Assembly: GCA_046726415.1 (NCBI GenBank) | Contig: JBKPAK010000153.1 | Location: 1 to 27,378 of the forward strand | Source: Candidatus Methylomirabilota bacterium | GTDB taxonomy: Bacteria; Methylomirabilota; Methylomirabilia; Rokubacteriales; CSP1-6 | Reading direction: 5' to 3' | Length of the DNA stretch: 27,378 nucleotides | Shown here: positions 6,812-15,767 of the stretch, piece after piece | Layout of the letters: every line of letters begins with the position of its first letter | Numbering within the stretch: position 1 is the first letter of the stretch | Made by a program: the position numbers and the translations under genes | Notes under the pieces: model-generated | What the model was told of the DNA's origin: nothing | What the model saw: the letters and a program-made list of their open reading frames with translations, nothing else | Databases searched by the model: none

Positions 6812-8038
6812 ATGCCGCTCCCCGCCGGCCTCCGCGCGCTCGGCCAGCGGGATTATCGCGTCTATCTCATCGGCACCTTGATCGGCCAGACGGGGACGTG
6901 GATGCAGACCGTCAGCCAGTCCTGGCTGGTGCTCCAGCTCACGAACTCCCCGTTCCTGCTGGGCCTGACGTCTACCCTGCAGTTCGGGCCGATCCTGCTC
7001 TTCTCCGTCTTCACGGGCGTGCTGGCCGACCGTGTGACCCGGCGGACCCTGCTGTTCGTCACCCAGAGCACGCAGTGCGGTCTCGCGGTGGCGCTCGGGC
7101 TCCTGGCGTGGAGCGGGCACGCGCGCTACTGGCACGTGCTCGTGGTGGCGGTCATCTGGGGGATCATGAGCTCGATCGATCAGCCCGCGCGTCAATCGCT
7201 GGTGATGGAGCTGGTCGGCCGCGACCACGTCACCAGCGCCGTCGGCCTCAACTCCGCCTCCTTCAACGGCGCTCGGATCATCGGCCCGTCGATCGCGGGC
7301 ATCCTCATCGCGCGCCTCGGCCTCTCGCTCGGGTTCTTCCTGAACGCCATCGCCTTCGTCTTCGCGATGGCGATGCTGTCGCTGATCCCCGGTCGCCGCC
7401 CGGTCCGGCGCACGGCCACCACGACCGTCGTGGAGGACATCCTCGAGGGCGTCGGCTACGCCCTCCGCACGCCGGCGGTGCGTTTCATCCTCGGGATCCA
7501 GATCGTCTGCAGCTTCTGCATCTTCAACTTCAGTGTGTACGTCCCGCTGCTCGCGCGGGACCAGCTGGCGATGGGGGCCGAGGGCTTCGGCCTGCTGATG
7601 GCGTGCCTTGGGGTCGGCGCCTTGACCGCGGGCCTGTTGCTGGGTGCGCTGAGCACCAGCGCGCCGCCCGCCGAGATGATCGCCACGGGGCTGGCGGTGG
7701 CGCTGGCCGGGCTGATCGGGCTGGCCTTCACACGCTGGTTCGGGCTGGCGGCGGTGCTGCTGGCAGTTACCGGCTTCGCCGGCACGATCGTGGTTGCGGG
7801 CTGCAACACGTCGCTCCAGCTCCGCGCGCCCGATGCGCTGCGCGGCCGGGTGATGAGCCTCTACACGCTGCTGTCGGGGGGGATCTTCCCCCTCGGCGCC
7901 TTCTGGGTGGGCTTCGTCTCCGAGCACTGGGGGATTGCCCGCGCGTTCCTGGTCAATGGGGCAGCGGGACTGGGCGCGCTCGTCGCGCTCCTGCTCTGGC
8001 GTCGGGCGCGCGTCCGGCACGGAGCCCCAGGATTGTGA
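6812..8038 (+). CDS. MFS transporter (MFS_3/DUF894-like)
   Basis: About 12 hydrophobic segments. Motif A 'GVLADRVTRR', 'GTWMQTVSQSWLV', 'SFNGARIIGP' and 'APDALRGRVMS'. Extended -10 TGcTAGTCT at 6794-6802. Confidence 0.9.
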   Translation: MPLPAGLRALGQRDYRVYLIGTLIGQTGTWMQTVSQSWLVLQLTNSPFLLGLTSTLQFGPILLFSVFTGVLADRVTRRTLLFVTQSTQCGLAVALGLLAWSGHARYWHVLVVAVIWGIMSSIDQPARQSLVMELVGRDHVTSAVGLNSASFNGARIIGPSIAGILIARLGLSLGFFLNAIAFVFAMAMLSLIPGRRPVRRTATTTVVEDILEGVGYALRTPAVRFILGIQIVCSFCIFNFSVYVPLLARDQLAMGAEGFGLLMACLGVGALTAGLLLGALSTSAPPAEMIATGLAVALAGLIGLAFTRWFGLAAVLLAVTGFAGTIVVAGCNTSLQLRAPDALRGRVMSLYTLLSGGIFPLGAFWVGFVSEHWGIARAFLVNGAAGLGALVALLLWRRARVRHGAPGL

Positions 8039-8079
8039 AAACCTCGCGCCAGATGCGGCGGGCGGGGCGACGCGAACAG

Positions 8080-8138
8080 GCAACTTTCAGGTTGCATTTT
8101 GGGCGGCCCCCGTCTAACATGCAATCGGGAGGTTGCAT
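8080..8138 (+). promoter_or_regulatory. Sigma70 promoter with two palindromic operators for the SRPBCC-ArsR operon
   Basis: TTGCAT (8092-8097)-N17-TAACAT (8115-8120). Operators GCAAC-N6-GTTGC (8080-8095) and GCAAT-N6-GTTGC (8121-8136). Confidence 0.7.
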
Positions 8139-8603
8139 ATGAGCTCTGCCGATACCGATCGCATCCAGAAGAAGATCCGGCTTCGCGCGCCGCGCGCCCG
8201 CGTCTGGCGCGCCCTCACCGACACCAAGGAATTCGGCCAGTGGTTCGGCGTCGCGCTGACCGGCACCTTCGCCCCCGGCGCCCGCCTGCGCGGGGCGGTC
8301 ACGTATCCCGGGTACGAGCACGTGACATTCGACATCACCGTCGAGCGGATGGAGCCCGAGCGGCTGTTCTCCTGGCGCTGGCATCCCTACCCGGTCGAGC
8401 CCGGCTTGGACTACTCCGCCGAGCCCCCGACTCTCGTGGTCTTCGAGCTGGAGGAGGTCCCCGAGGGCACGCTGCTCACCGTCACCGAGTCCGGTTTCGA
8501 CGCGATCCCGCTGGCGCGCCGGGCCGAGGCGTTCCGGATGAACGAGCAGGGATGGGCCGAGCAGATGGAGTCCATCGCACGGCATGTCGGCGGCGGGGCG
8601 TAG
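8139..8603 (+). CDS. SRPBCC/AHSA1 (START-like) domain protein
   Basis: 'APRARVWRALTD..EFGQWFG', 'EPERLFSWRWHP', 'GTLLTVTESGF' and 'GWAEQM'. GGGAGG RBS before the ATG at 8139. Confidence 0.9.
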   Translation: MSSADTDRIQKKIRLRAPRARVWRALTDTKEFGQWFGVALTGTFAPGARLRGAVTYPGYEHVTFDITVERMEPERLFSWRWHPYPVEPGLDYSAEPPTLVVFELEEVPEGTLLTVTESGFDAIPLARRAEAFRMNEQGWAEQMESIARHVGGGA

Positions 8604-8937
8604 GGTCCGGGTCGCCCACTCGCGGCTGAAGGACTCGGCGCCCATCTTCGCAGCGCTGGGCGACAAGACGCGTCTGAGCCTGGTGGCCCGCCTGTGCACG
8701 GCGGGCCCGATGTCTATCGCGCGCCTCAGCGCGGGGTCGGGCGTCACCCGGCAGGCGATCACCAAGCACCTGCACGTTCTCGCCGGCGCCGGGCTGGTCC
8801 GCGGGAGCCGCCTCGGGCGCGAGAGGATCTGGGAGCTCGAGCCGCAACCGCTCGAAGAGGCGCGCCGGTGTCTGGATCTGATCTCCAGGCAATGGGACGT
8901 GGCGCTGGGCCGGCTGAAGGCGTTCGTCGAACGGTAG
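8584..8937 (+). CDS. ArsR/SmtB family HTH regulator (SRPBCC-associated type)
   Basis: 'IFAALGDKTR', 'VTRQAITKHLHVLAGAGLV' and 'GRERIWEL'. Overlaps the SRPBCC gene. Confidence 0.88.
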   Translation: MSAAGRRVRVAHSRLKDSAPIFAALGDKTRLSLVARLCTAGPMSIARLSAGSGVTRQAITKHLHVLAGAGLVRGSRLGRERIWELEPQPLEEARRCLDLISRQWDVALGRLKAFVER

Positions 8938-8961
8938 GCCGTGGCCCGCGGGAGCGGTGAT

Positions 8962-9786
8962 CTAGCGGGGCTGGGCGAGCCAGAACTGGGCGAGGTCGAT
9001 CGGCTTCGGCCACCAGACGTCGCCCTTGCCCAGAATCTTCTGGATCAGCCGCTCGACCATTCGCATACGCGAGGGGCGCCCGATGATCTGCGGGTGGCCT
9101 AACCAGTTGAAGAAGCTGCCCTCCGCGTAGAGGCCTTCGAACTCCTCGGACCAGATTTCCCAGACGTCTTCCTGGCTCCAGATTCCGTGGCCGACGGGCG
9201 GCACCGAGCTGAACATGAAGAACGGCGCGTCGTTGTTGCACCAGGCGGTGGGGAACTCGACGAGAGGACCATGAGACGTCTCGTGGCAATAGGGCAAATC
9301 CGCGTCGAGCGCGTTGCTGTGGTAGACGAGGCCGTGCTTCTTCAGGAGCTCCATGGTGTGGCGGCTCGGATCGGCCGACGGCGCCCGCGCGCCGAGCGGC
9401 CTCACGCCGAGGATCTTCTCGAACACGTCGAGGCTCTTGAGGAGCAGCTCTTCCTCCTCCTCCCGACTCTTCATGAAGAACGGCTTCTCGTGCAGGTAGC
9501 CGTGGTGCCCCATCTCGTGGCCCCGGCGCACGATGTCCTCACAGAGGGCCGGATATCGCTCGACGATCCAGCCCGGGGTGAAGATGCACGTCTTGATGCC
9601 ATAGCGGTCGAGCACCTCGAGGATGCGCGGCATCCCGGTCTTGGGCCCATAGGCCCCCATCGACATGTGGAGGGCGCGCTCGGCGAGGGCCGGGTCGCGC
9701 TGGATCCAGGGTGACTCGCCGTCGAGGTCGAAGGTCATCATGACGGCGCAGCGCGCACCGTCGGGCCATGTCACCGCCTGTGCCAT
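8962..9786 (-). CDS. Polysaccharide deacetylase family (CE4, PuuE/HpPgdA-like) protein
   Basis: 'WPDGARCAVMMTFDLD', 'GHEMGHHGYLHE', 'GARAPS' and 'HPQIIGRPSR'. Start taken as ATG 9786. Confidence 0.88.
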   Translation of the reverse strand: MAQAVTWPDGARCAVMMTFDLDGESPWIQRDPALAERALHMSMGAYGPKTGMPRILEVLDRYGIKTCIFTPGWIVERYPALCEDIVRRGHEMGHHGYLHEKPFFMKSREEEEELLLKSLDVFEKILGVRPLGARAPSADPSRHTMELLKKHGLVYHSNALDADLPYCHETSHGPLVEFPTAWCNNDAPFFMFSSVPPVGHGIWSQEDVWEIWSEEFEGLYAEGSFFNWLGHPQIIGRPSRMRMVERLIQKILGKGDVWWPKPIDLAQFWLAQPR

Positions 9787-9840
9787 CGGTTTGCTCTCCA
9801 AGGAAGTGCTCGCGACGCTTCGGTGGCCCGTCGCGGGAGG

Positions 9841-9869
9841 AGGATAAATCACGGCCTCCCCGGACGCAA
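9841..9869 (-). promoter_or_regulatory. Sigma70-like promoter of the deacetylase gene
   Basis: Minus strand reads TTGCGT-N17-TATCCT. A 7-bp stem CGCGACG/CGTCGCG (9811-9835) follows in the 5' UTR. Confidence 0.55.
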
Positions 9870-9902
9870 TGCGGGCTGACGCGCGTCGACGCGATCGATC
9901 GG

Positions 9903-11621
9903 CTACACCGCGCGCCGGCAGATCACGTTGAGGACGGCCTGGCGGCCGTCCCGCACGGCGCCGAGGGCGCGCTCGAGGGCGCCGGGGACGTCGGCCGGTC
10001 GATCCACACGTTCGCCGTGGCCGTCGAAGGCGCGCACGATCTCCTCGTAGCGCGGCACCGGTTCGAGCGCGGTCAGCGGGTAGGTCTCGGTCGATCGGGC
10101 CCAGCCTTCGGGGTAGAGGGCGAGCGTGCTGCTCGTCACCGCCTCCCACTGCGCGTTGTTGAAGATGACGGTGAGAACCGGCAGCCCCTGGGCCCGCGCG
10201 ACGAAGTGGCACGCGGCGGGCTCGTTGAACAGGTAAGACCCGTCGCCGAGCGCGGCGATCACCGTGCGGTCGGGCGCCGCGAGCTTGATTCCGAGAGCGG
10301 TGGGCAGACCCCAGCCGAGCCCGCTCGAATGGGGCTGGCCGAAGAAGCTGCCAGGTCGGTCGAAGCCGATGTAGCGCCGGTCGAGCGGATACTCGTTCAC
10401 CACGACCGTGCGGTCGTCGAGCGCTCGCTCGAGGCAGCGCATCACCCACGCGAAGCCGATCGCGGGCGCCGATGCCTGCCGGGCGATGTCCGCGTCCCAC
10501 TCGCCTCGACGGGCGCGATGGAGCGCGCGCACGCGCTCGAGTCGCCCGGCGAGCACCTCGGGAGCGATCCGCTCGCGCACCGTGGCGGCCAGCTGCGGCA
10601 AGCTCGCCGCGGGGTGCGCGGCAATGGCGAGATCCACGGGAAAGCTCCGCATCGGATAGCGCGCGAAGGCTGGATCGACGGCCACATGAATGACCTTGGC
10701 GCCCGCGCGCGGCGCGCGGAGCGACGGATACCAGGGCACGTCGCTGTCGATCACCAGGAGTGCGTCGGCATCATCGAGCGCTGGATCGGTGCCCGAGGGC
10801 TGGGTGAAGCCCACGTGGAGCGGATGGCTCTGCGGGAAGTTCACGTGCGTCGGATCCACCTCGACCACGCCGATGCCAGCCCCTTCGGCGAGATCCACCA
10901 GCGCCGGAACGGCGGTGGGATCGCGGCCCGCCCCCGACACCAGGATCAGCGGCCGCTCGGCGGTCACCAGCACATCCGCGGCTCGCGCGATCGCCGCCGG
11001 GTCGGGGAACCGAAGGCCGGCGGCCTCGCGCCGCGCGGGCGACGTGATGGCGAGCGACTCGAGCCGCTCGGCCAGCACTTCGCGCGGCAAGCTGAGATAC
11101 ACGGGGCCCCGCGGCTCGGCCAGCATCAGCTCGAAGGCGCGATCCACCACTGCCTCGAGCTGGACCGGCGTGCGCAACTCGTAGTCCCACTTCACGTACT
11201 CGCGCACCATGGCCGCCTGGTCGAAGCTCTCCTGGGCCCAGTGAATATAGAGATCGCGGGCGCCCGACAGCCCCGCCTCGGTGATAGGCGTGCGCCCGGC
11301 CGTGAACAGCATGGGCACCTGCGATCGCGCGGCGGTGATGATCCCGCAGGCCGCGTTGGCCGTGCCCACGGTGACGTGCACCATCACGGCCTGCGGGCGG
11401 CCTGAGGCGAGCCAGCAGCCGTGGGCCATCCCGACGGCCACCGACTCGTGCGGCACGACGATGGGCTTCGGGTGCCGTCGGCCCTCGGCGTGCCGCCGGG
11501 CGAAGGCGTCCACCAGGGGGGCGAAGTCGGTGCCGGCGTTGGCGAGAAAGAACTCCACGCCGCGGTCCTCGAGCAGCTCGAGATAGGCCTGAGCGACCGT
11601 TTCGACCTTGAGCGTTTTCAC
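9903..11621 (-). CDS. Thiamine diphosphate-dependent enzyme (acetolactate synthase / benzoylformate decarboxylase superfamily)
   Basis: 'FFLANAGTDF', catalytic 'PHESVAVGMAHG', 'HVTVGTANA' and the ThDP motif 'GDGSYLF...IFNN'. Confidence 0.92.
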   Translation of the reverse strand: MKTLKVETVAQAYLELLEDRGVEFFLANAGTDFAPLVDAFARRHAEGRRHPKPIVVPHESVAVGMAHGCWLASGRPQAVMVHVTVGTANAACGIITAARSQVPMLFTAGRTPITEAGLSGARDLYIHWAQESFDQAAMVREYVKWDYELRTPVQLEAVVDRAFELMLAEPRGPVYLSLPREVLAERLESLAITSPARREAAGLRFPDPAAIARAADVLVTAERPLILVSGAGRDPTAVPALVDLAEGAGIGVVEVDPTHVNFPQSHPLHVGFTQPSGTDPALDDADALLVIDSDVPWYPSLRAPRAGAKVIHVAVDPAFARYPMRSFPVDLAIAAHPAASLPQLAATVRERIAPEVLAGRLERVRALHRARRGEWDADIARQASAPAIGFAWVMRCLERALDDRTVVVNEYPLDRRYIGFDRPGSFFGQPHSSGLGWGLPTALGIKLAAPDRTVIAALGDGSYLFNEPAACHFVARAQGLPVLTVIFNNAQWEAVTSSTLALYPEGWARSTETYPLTALEPVPRYEEIVRAFDGHGERVDRPADVPGALERALGAVRDGRQAVLNVICRRAV

Positions 11622-11682
11622 GTCGTCTCCGTTATCCTACCTCAGCGTCCGGCGTCGGCCGGGGGCCGACCGGGAGGTGATC

Positions 11683-13302
11683 GTGAGCAGAAAGCCCGAG
11701 CGAAAGCCGAAGCGGTCCTCGCCGCGGGCGCCGACGCGCTCGTCCGGCGACGAAGGGCCGAGCCTGCGCAGCTGGCTTCGCCAGCTCGACGGCGCCGACC
11801 AGCTCCGACGGATCAAGGCGGAGGTGGACTGGGATCAGGAGATCGGCGCGGTGGCCAGGATCGCGATGGCCCGCGGCGGACCCGCACTGCTCTTCGAGAA
11901 CATCAAGGGCCACCAGCATACCCGGTGCACGAAGTTTCTCACCGCGAGCATGTCGAACAAGACGCACGTCTGCCTCATGCTCGGACTCCCCCTCGACACC
12001 CCGGACCAGGCGATCGTGCGTCGGCTCAAGGACATCTTCCGCAAGCCCCTCCCGCCCACCATGGTGGCCAAGGGGCCCGTGAAGCAGCACGTGCTCCGCG
12101 GCCGGCAGGTGGACCTCCGAGAGTTCCCGGCACCCCGCTGGCACCACCTCGACGGCGGGCGCTACCTCGATACGTTCTGCGCCGTCGTCACCCGCGACCC
12201 CGAGACCGGTCAGACGAACGTGGGGATCTACCGGGGCCAGGTACTGGGCCGCGACAGAGTCGGCAAGCTCCTGATCCCGACCCAGCATTGGGGCGCGCAC
12301 TTCGGCAAGCATCGAGTGTCGCGCGAGCCCATGCCGGTGGCCGTCGTCCACGGCTGGCACGACGTCATGCCGTTCTGTGCAGGCAGCCCGTTTCCGAAGA
12401 ACGTTTGCGAGTGGGACATGATGGGCGCGATCCTGGGCCGGCCGGTCGAGCTGGTGAAGTGCGAGACGGTGCCCCTCGAGGTTCCCGCCACCGCCGAGAT
12501 CGTGGTGGAGGGACGGGTCTCGCCCGATCCGACCACGTATGAGCCGGAAGGACCCTTCGCCGAGTATCCCGGCTACGCCGGTGGTCAGCCTTCGCCCAAA
12601 CCCGTCCTTCAGGTCTCGTGCGTCACCCATCGCGACGATCCGATCCTGCGCGGCACCCTCGAAGGCGCCCGGCCAGGCTTCCCGAGCGAGGACTCGATCC
12701 TCTGCGCCTACGCGTGGTCGGCCATCGCCTGGAATGTCCTGGAGGACGTCGGCGTGGCCGGGGTCACCGACGTCTGGCAGCCGCCCGTCTCGACCGGCAC
12801 CAACATCGTCGTGCAGATCCGGAAAGGCTACTGCGGCCACGCTCAGCAGGTGGCCAACGCGCTGTGGGGCACGGGCGCCGGGCAGTGGTTCTACAAGAAC
12901 GTCATGGTGGTCGAAGAGGACATCGACATCCGCGATCCGGTGGCCCTCGACTGGGCCTTCGCCTTTCGGGTCAACGCGGGGGAGGGACAGCTCGTGACGT
13001 TTGGTCCGACCTTCGGCTCGGTGCTCGATCCGTCCACGCCGCGGGCTCAGGCCAACCCGCTGAAGTACGGAACCGGCCGCTGGACGCGCGTGCTGATCGA
13101 CGCCACCCGCAACTGGGAGTTCGACCCGAACCCAGCCTGGGGCAACCGGCGCTACCCGCCGATCAACACGCTGCCCGTGGATCTCGAGCGCAAGGTGCGC
13201 GACCGCTGGCAGGAATACGGCCTCGGCATCGACTACCTGACCGACGAGCAGCGCGAGTGGCTGACCCTGGAGAAGCTCTCGCGCACATTTCCCGAGGTCT
13301 AG
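11683..13302 (+). CDS. UbiD family prFMN-dependent (de)carboxylase
   Basis: 'PALLFENIKG', 'DGGRYLDT', 'NVGIYR', 'EGPFAEYPGY' and 'VVEEDIDIRD'. GGAGG RBS lies 5 nt before the GTG at 11683. Confidence 0.92.
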   Translation: MSRKPERKPKRSSPRAPTRSSGDEGPSLRSWLRQLDGADQLRRIKAEVDWDQEIGAVARIAMARGGPALLFENIKGHQHTRCTKFLTASMSNKTHVCLMLGLPLDTPDQAIVRRLKDIFRKPLPPTMVAKGPVKQHVLRGRQVDLREFPAPRWHHLDGGRYLDTFCAVVTRDPETGQTNVGIYRGQVLGRDRVGKLLIPTQHWGAHFGKHRVSREPMPVAVVHGWHDVMPFCAGSPFPKNVCEWDMMGAILGRPVELVKCETVPLEVPATAEIVVEGRVSPDPTTYEPEGPFAEYPGYAGGQPSPKPVLQVSCVTHRDDPILRGTLEGARPGFPSEDSILCAYAWSAIAWNVLEDVGVAGVTDVWQPPVSTGTNIVVQIRKGYCGHAQQVANALWGTGAGQWFYKNVMVVEEDIDIRDPVALDWAFAFRVNAGEGQLVTFGPTFGSVLDPSTPRAQANPLKYGTGRWTRVLIDATRNWEFDPNPAWGNRRYPPINTLPVDLERKVRDRWQEYGLGIDYLTDEQREWLTLEKLSRTFPEV

Positions 13303-13348
13303 CGCGGCTGGATGAGGAGCAGAGGTCTAGCGCGGTTCGATGAGGAGC
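13294..13348. repeat. 27-bp direct tandem duplication spanning the ubiD stop codon
   Basis: GAGGTCTAGCGCGGCTGGATGAGGAGC (13294-13320) and GAGGTCTAGCGCGGTTCGATGAGGAGC (13322-13348), 2 mismatches. Confidence 0.85.
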
Positions 13349-13352
13349 GAGA

Positions 13353-14753
13353 GTGATGAACGATCAGCACGTGACCACGACCACCGGCGGTGACGCGACC
13401 CTGCGGGGGGCGATCCTCAGCGACTTCAAGGCCAGCTTGCGCGGCCCCCTGCTTCTTCCCGGCGACGATGGCTACGACCACGCCCGCAGCCTGTGGAACG
13501 GCATGATCGACAAGCGGCCGGCATTGATTGCCCGCTGCGCCGGCGTCGCCGATGTGATCGCCTGTGTCAATTTCGCCCGGGCCAACAACGTGCTCGTCTC
13601 CGTCCGCGGCGGTGACCACAGTGCCGCCGGGACCGCGCTCTGCGATGGCGGACTGACGATCGACCTCTCGGCGATGAAGAGTGTCCGCGTCGATCCCGCG
13701 CGGCGCACGGCGCGCGCCGAAGGGGGAACCAGGTGGGGCGATTTCGACCACGCGACCCAGGCGTTCGGGCTGGCCACCACCGGAGGCACCAACTCGGACA
13801 CCGGGATCGCCGGCCTCACCCTGGGCGGCGGCCTGGGTTGGCTCGCGGGGAAATACGGGCTGGCGTGCGACAACCTCCTGGCGGCTGACGTCGTCACCGC
13901 CGACGGCCGCCTCCTGACGGCCAGCGCCACCGAGAATCAGGACCTCTTCTGGGCGCTGCGGGGCGGCAGCGGAAACTTCGGCGTCGTCACGTCGTTCGAG
14001 TACCGCCTCCATCGGGTGGGCCGCGTGCTGGGGGGCATGGTGGTCCACCCCTTCGAGCGAGCCAGGGACGTGCTTCGCTTGTACAGCGACTTCTCGCGGG
14101 GGATCCCCGACGAGGTGAACACGATCGGTGCTCTGCTGACCGCGCCCGAGGGCTTCCGCGTGGCGGCCATCGCGGTCTGCTACAACGGCTCCCTCGAGGA
14201 AGGGGAAAAGGTCCTGCGACCCCTCCGGGAGTTCGGCCCGCCTCTGGTGGACCAGATCGGCCCCATGCCTTACGCGGCCGTCCAGAGCATGATGGACGCG
14301 ACGTTTCCCCGCGGACGTCGCTACTACTGGAAAGCGAGCCTGATGAACCGGATCAGTGACGATGCCATCGACGCCATGATCGAGTACTTCGCCGCCGCTC
14401 CTTCGCCGCACACCGTCGTGGGCTTCCAGCAGCTCGGCAACGCGGCCAACCGGGTCGGCCCGGACGAGACTGCCTTCAGCCACCGCGATGCGCCGTACGA
14501 CTTCTTGATGCTGTCGGGCTGGGACGATCCGTCAGAGGCGGACCGAAACATCCAGTGGACGCGCGAACTCTATCGCGGAATACAGCCGTTCCTGCATGGG
14601 GGCATCTACGTCAATGCCTTCGCCGAGGACTTCGAGCAAGGGGTCAAGGATGCCTACCGCCCCCGGACCTATGTGCGGCTGGTGTCCCTGAAGCGAACGT
14701 ACGATCCGACGAATTTCTTCCGCATCAACCCGAACATCCAGCCGTGGGCGTGA
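13353..14753 (+). CDS. FAD-linked oxidase, VAO/BBE-like (6-hydroxy-D-nicotine oxidase-like)
   Basis: 'WNGMIDKRPALIARC', 'VRGGDHS' (covalent-FAD His position), 'DLFWALRGGSGNFGVVT' and C-terminal BBE 'LKRTYDPTNFFRINPNI'. Confidence 0.92.
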   Translation: MMNDQHVTTTTGGDATLRGAILSDFKASLRGPLLLPGDDGYDHARSLWNGMIDKRPALIARCAGVADVIACVNFARANNVLVSVRGGDHSAAGTALCDGGLTIDLSAMKSVRVDPARRTARAEGGTRWGDFDHATQAFGLATTGGTNSDTGIAGLTLGGGLGWLAGKYGLACDNLLAADVVTADGRLLTASATENQDLFWALRGGSGNFGVVTSFEYRLHRVGRVLGGMVVHPFERARDVLRLYSDFSRGIPDEVNTIGALLTAPEGFRVAAIAVCYNGSLEEGEKVLRPLREFGPPLVDQIGPMPYAAVQSMMDATFPRGRRYYWKASLMNRISDDAIDAMIEYFAAAPSPHTVVGFQQLGNAANRVGPDETAFSHRDAPYDFLMLSGWDDPSEADRNIQWTRELYRGIQPFLHGGIYVNAFAEDFEQGVKDAYRPRTYVRLVSLKRTYDPTNFFRINPNIQPWA

Positions 14754-14783
14754 GGAGGAGGCCCGCCCCGATGTCGCGCGGCG

Positions 14784-15767
14784 CTACGCCCCCAGGTTGC
14801 GCGCGATGAAGGCCTTGACCATCTCGCGGGCGCGGTCGGTTTGTGGCCCCGGTTTGGCGACCCACTCGTGCTCGCTGCTCTCGAACACGTGGAGCTGGCA
14901 ATCGCCGCCCGCCGCCCGGTACGTCGCGGCGAACTTCTCCTGCAGGGCGGGGAGCACGTTGTCGTCGAGCGCCCCCTGCATGATCAGCAACGGGGGGAGC
15001 GTCACCGCCTCGCGGCGCTCGAGGATCTGCTGCGGATTACCTTCGTAAATCGTCTCCCACGGATTGAAGAAGATCTTGTGGTTCTGGATCATGCTCGCGC
15101 GCTGCATCTTCTCGGCTTGCTGGAAGCGCGCGTACGGATCGCTGATCGGCGAGCGCGTGGCCACGTAGGCCACCGTCGCATCGACGGGCGAGGCCGCGGG
15201 CAGGGCAATCGCGTTGTAGCGCGCATCGCGGGGGCGCAGGCCCAGCAGCTGGGCGACGTGGCCGCCGCTGGAGCTGCCGTACACACCGACCTTTGAGGGG
15301 TCCCCATTCCACCCGGCCGCTTTCCATTTGAGCCAACGCACGCCGTAGTTCGCGTCCTGCACACAGGCCGGGTACGGCCCCTCCGGCGCCAAGGTCATGT
15401 CGATGGCCACCACCAGCACCCCGCTCGCCGCCACCGCGCGGTCCATCGGCTCCTCAGCGAAGCGGTCTTTGCGGTTCCAGGCGCCGCCGTGCAGGTCCAG
15501 CAAGGCCGGGAACGGTCCCGCGCCCTGCGGTTGATAGATGCGGGCCATCAGCATTCGCCCGCCCGCCGTGCGCCGGAACTCCTCTTCGGTGACCTTGAGC
15601 TCGAACGTGGCCGCGGGATCGTACGCCGTCTTCATTCTGGATCCTCCCCTCACATCAGCCGAATAGACGGGGCCGGGCGGCCAGGCCGCGGCGATCGGTG
15701 CGCCGACCGCGCCCAGCGCAATCATCGTCTTCAAAAAGCTCCGGCGTCCCCGGGAGTGCGTGTCCAT
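14784..15767 (-). CDS. Alpha/beta hydrolase (HSL/Abhydrolase_3-like) with putative Tat signal
   Basis: Oxyanion 'HGGAW', nucleophile 'GSSSGG', 'GALDDNV' and 'SEHEW'. N-terminal 'RRSFLK' plus a hydrophobic stretch. Alternative start at ATG 15635. Confidence 0.85.
   Translation of the reverse strand: MDTHSRGRRSFLKTMIALGAVGAPIAAAWPPGPVYSADVRGGSRMKTAYDPAATFELKVTEEEFRRTAGGRMLMARIYQPQGAGPFPALLDLHGGAWNRKDRFAEEPMDRAVAASGVLVVAIDMTLAPEGPYPACVQDANYGVRWLKWKAAGWNGDPSKVGVYGSSSGGHVAQLLGLRPRDARYNAIALPAASPVDATVAYVATRSPISDPYARFQQAEKMQRASMIQNHKIFFNPWETIYEGNPQQILERREAVTLPPLLIMQGALDDNVLPALQEKFAATYRAAGGDCQLHVFESSEHEWVAKPGPQTDRAREMVKAFIARNLGA

Noticed and set aside
8584-8937. ArsR as the arsenic sensor for arsM
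   Set aside because: It lacks the alpha3 CxC or C-terminal CC As-binding motifs, is coupled to an SRPBCC gene and has its own operator pair.
9787-9902. Riboswitch in the deacetylase leader
   Set aside because: Only one 7-bp hairpin in a ~50-nt leader, with no recognisable aptamer consensus. An Rfam search would be needed.
11683-13302. Housekeeping ubiquinone-pathway ubiD
   Set aside because: There is no ubi or mqn context and the neighbourhood is catabolic, so it was left at family level.
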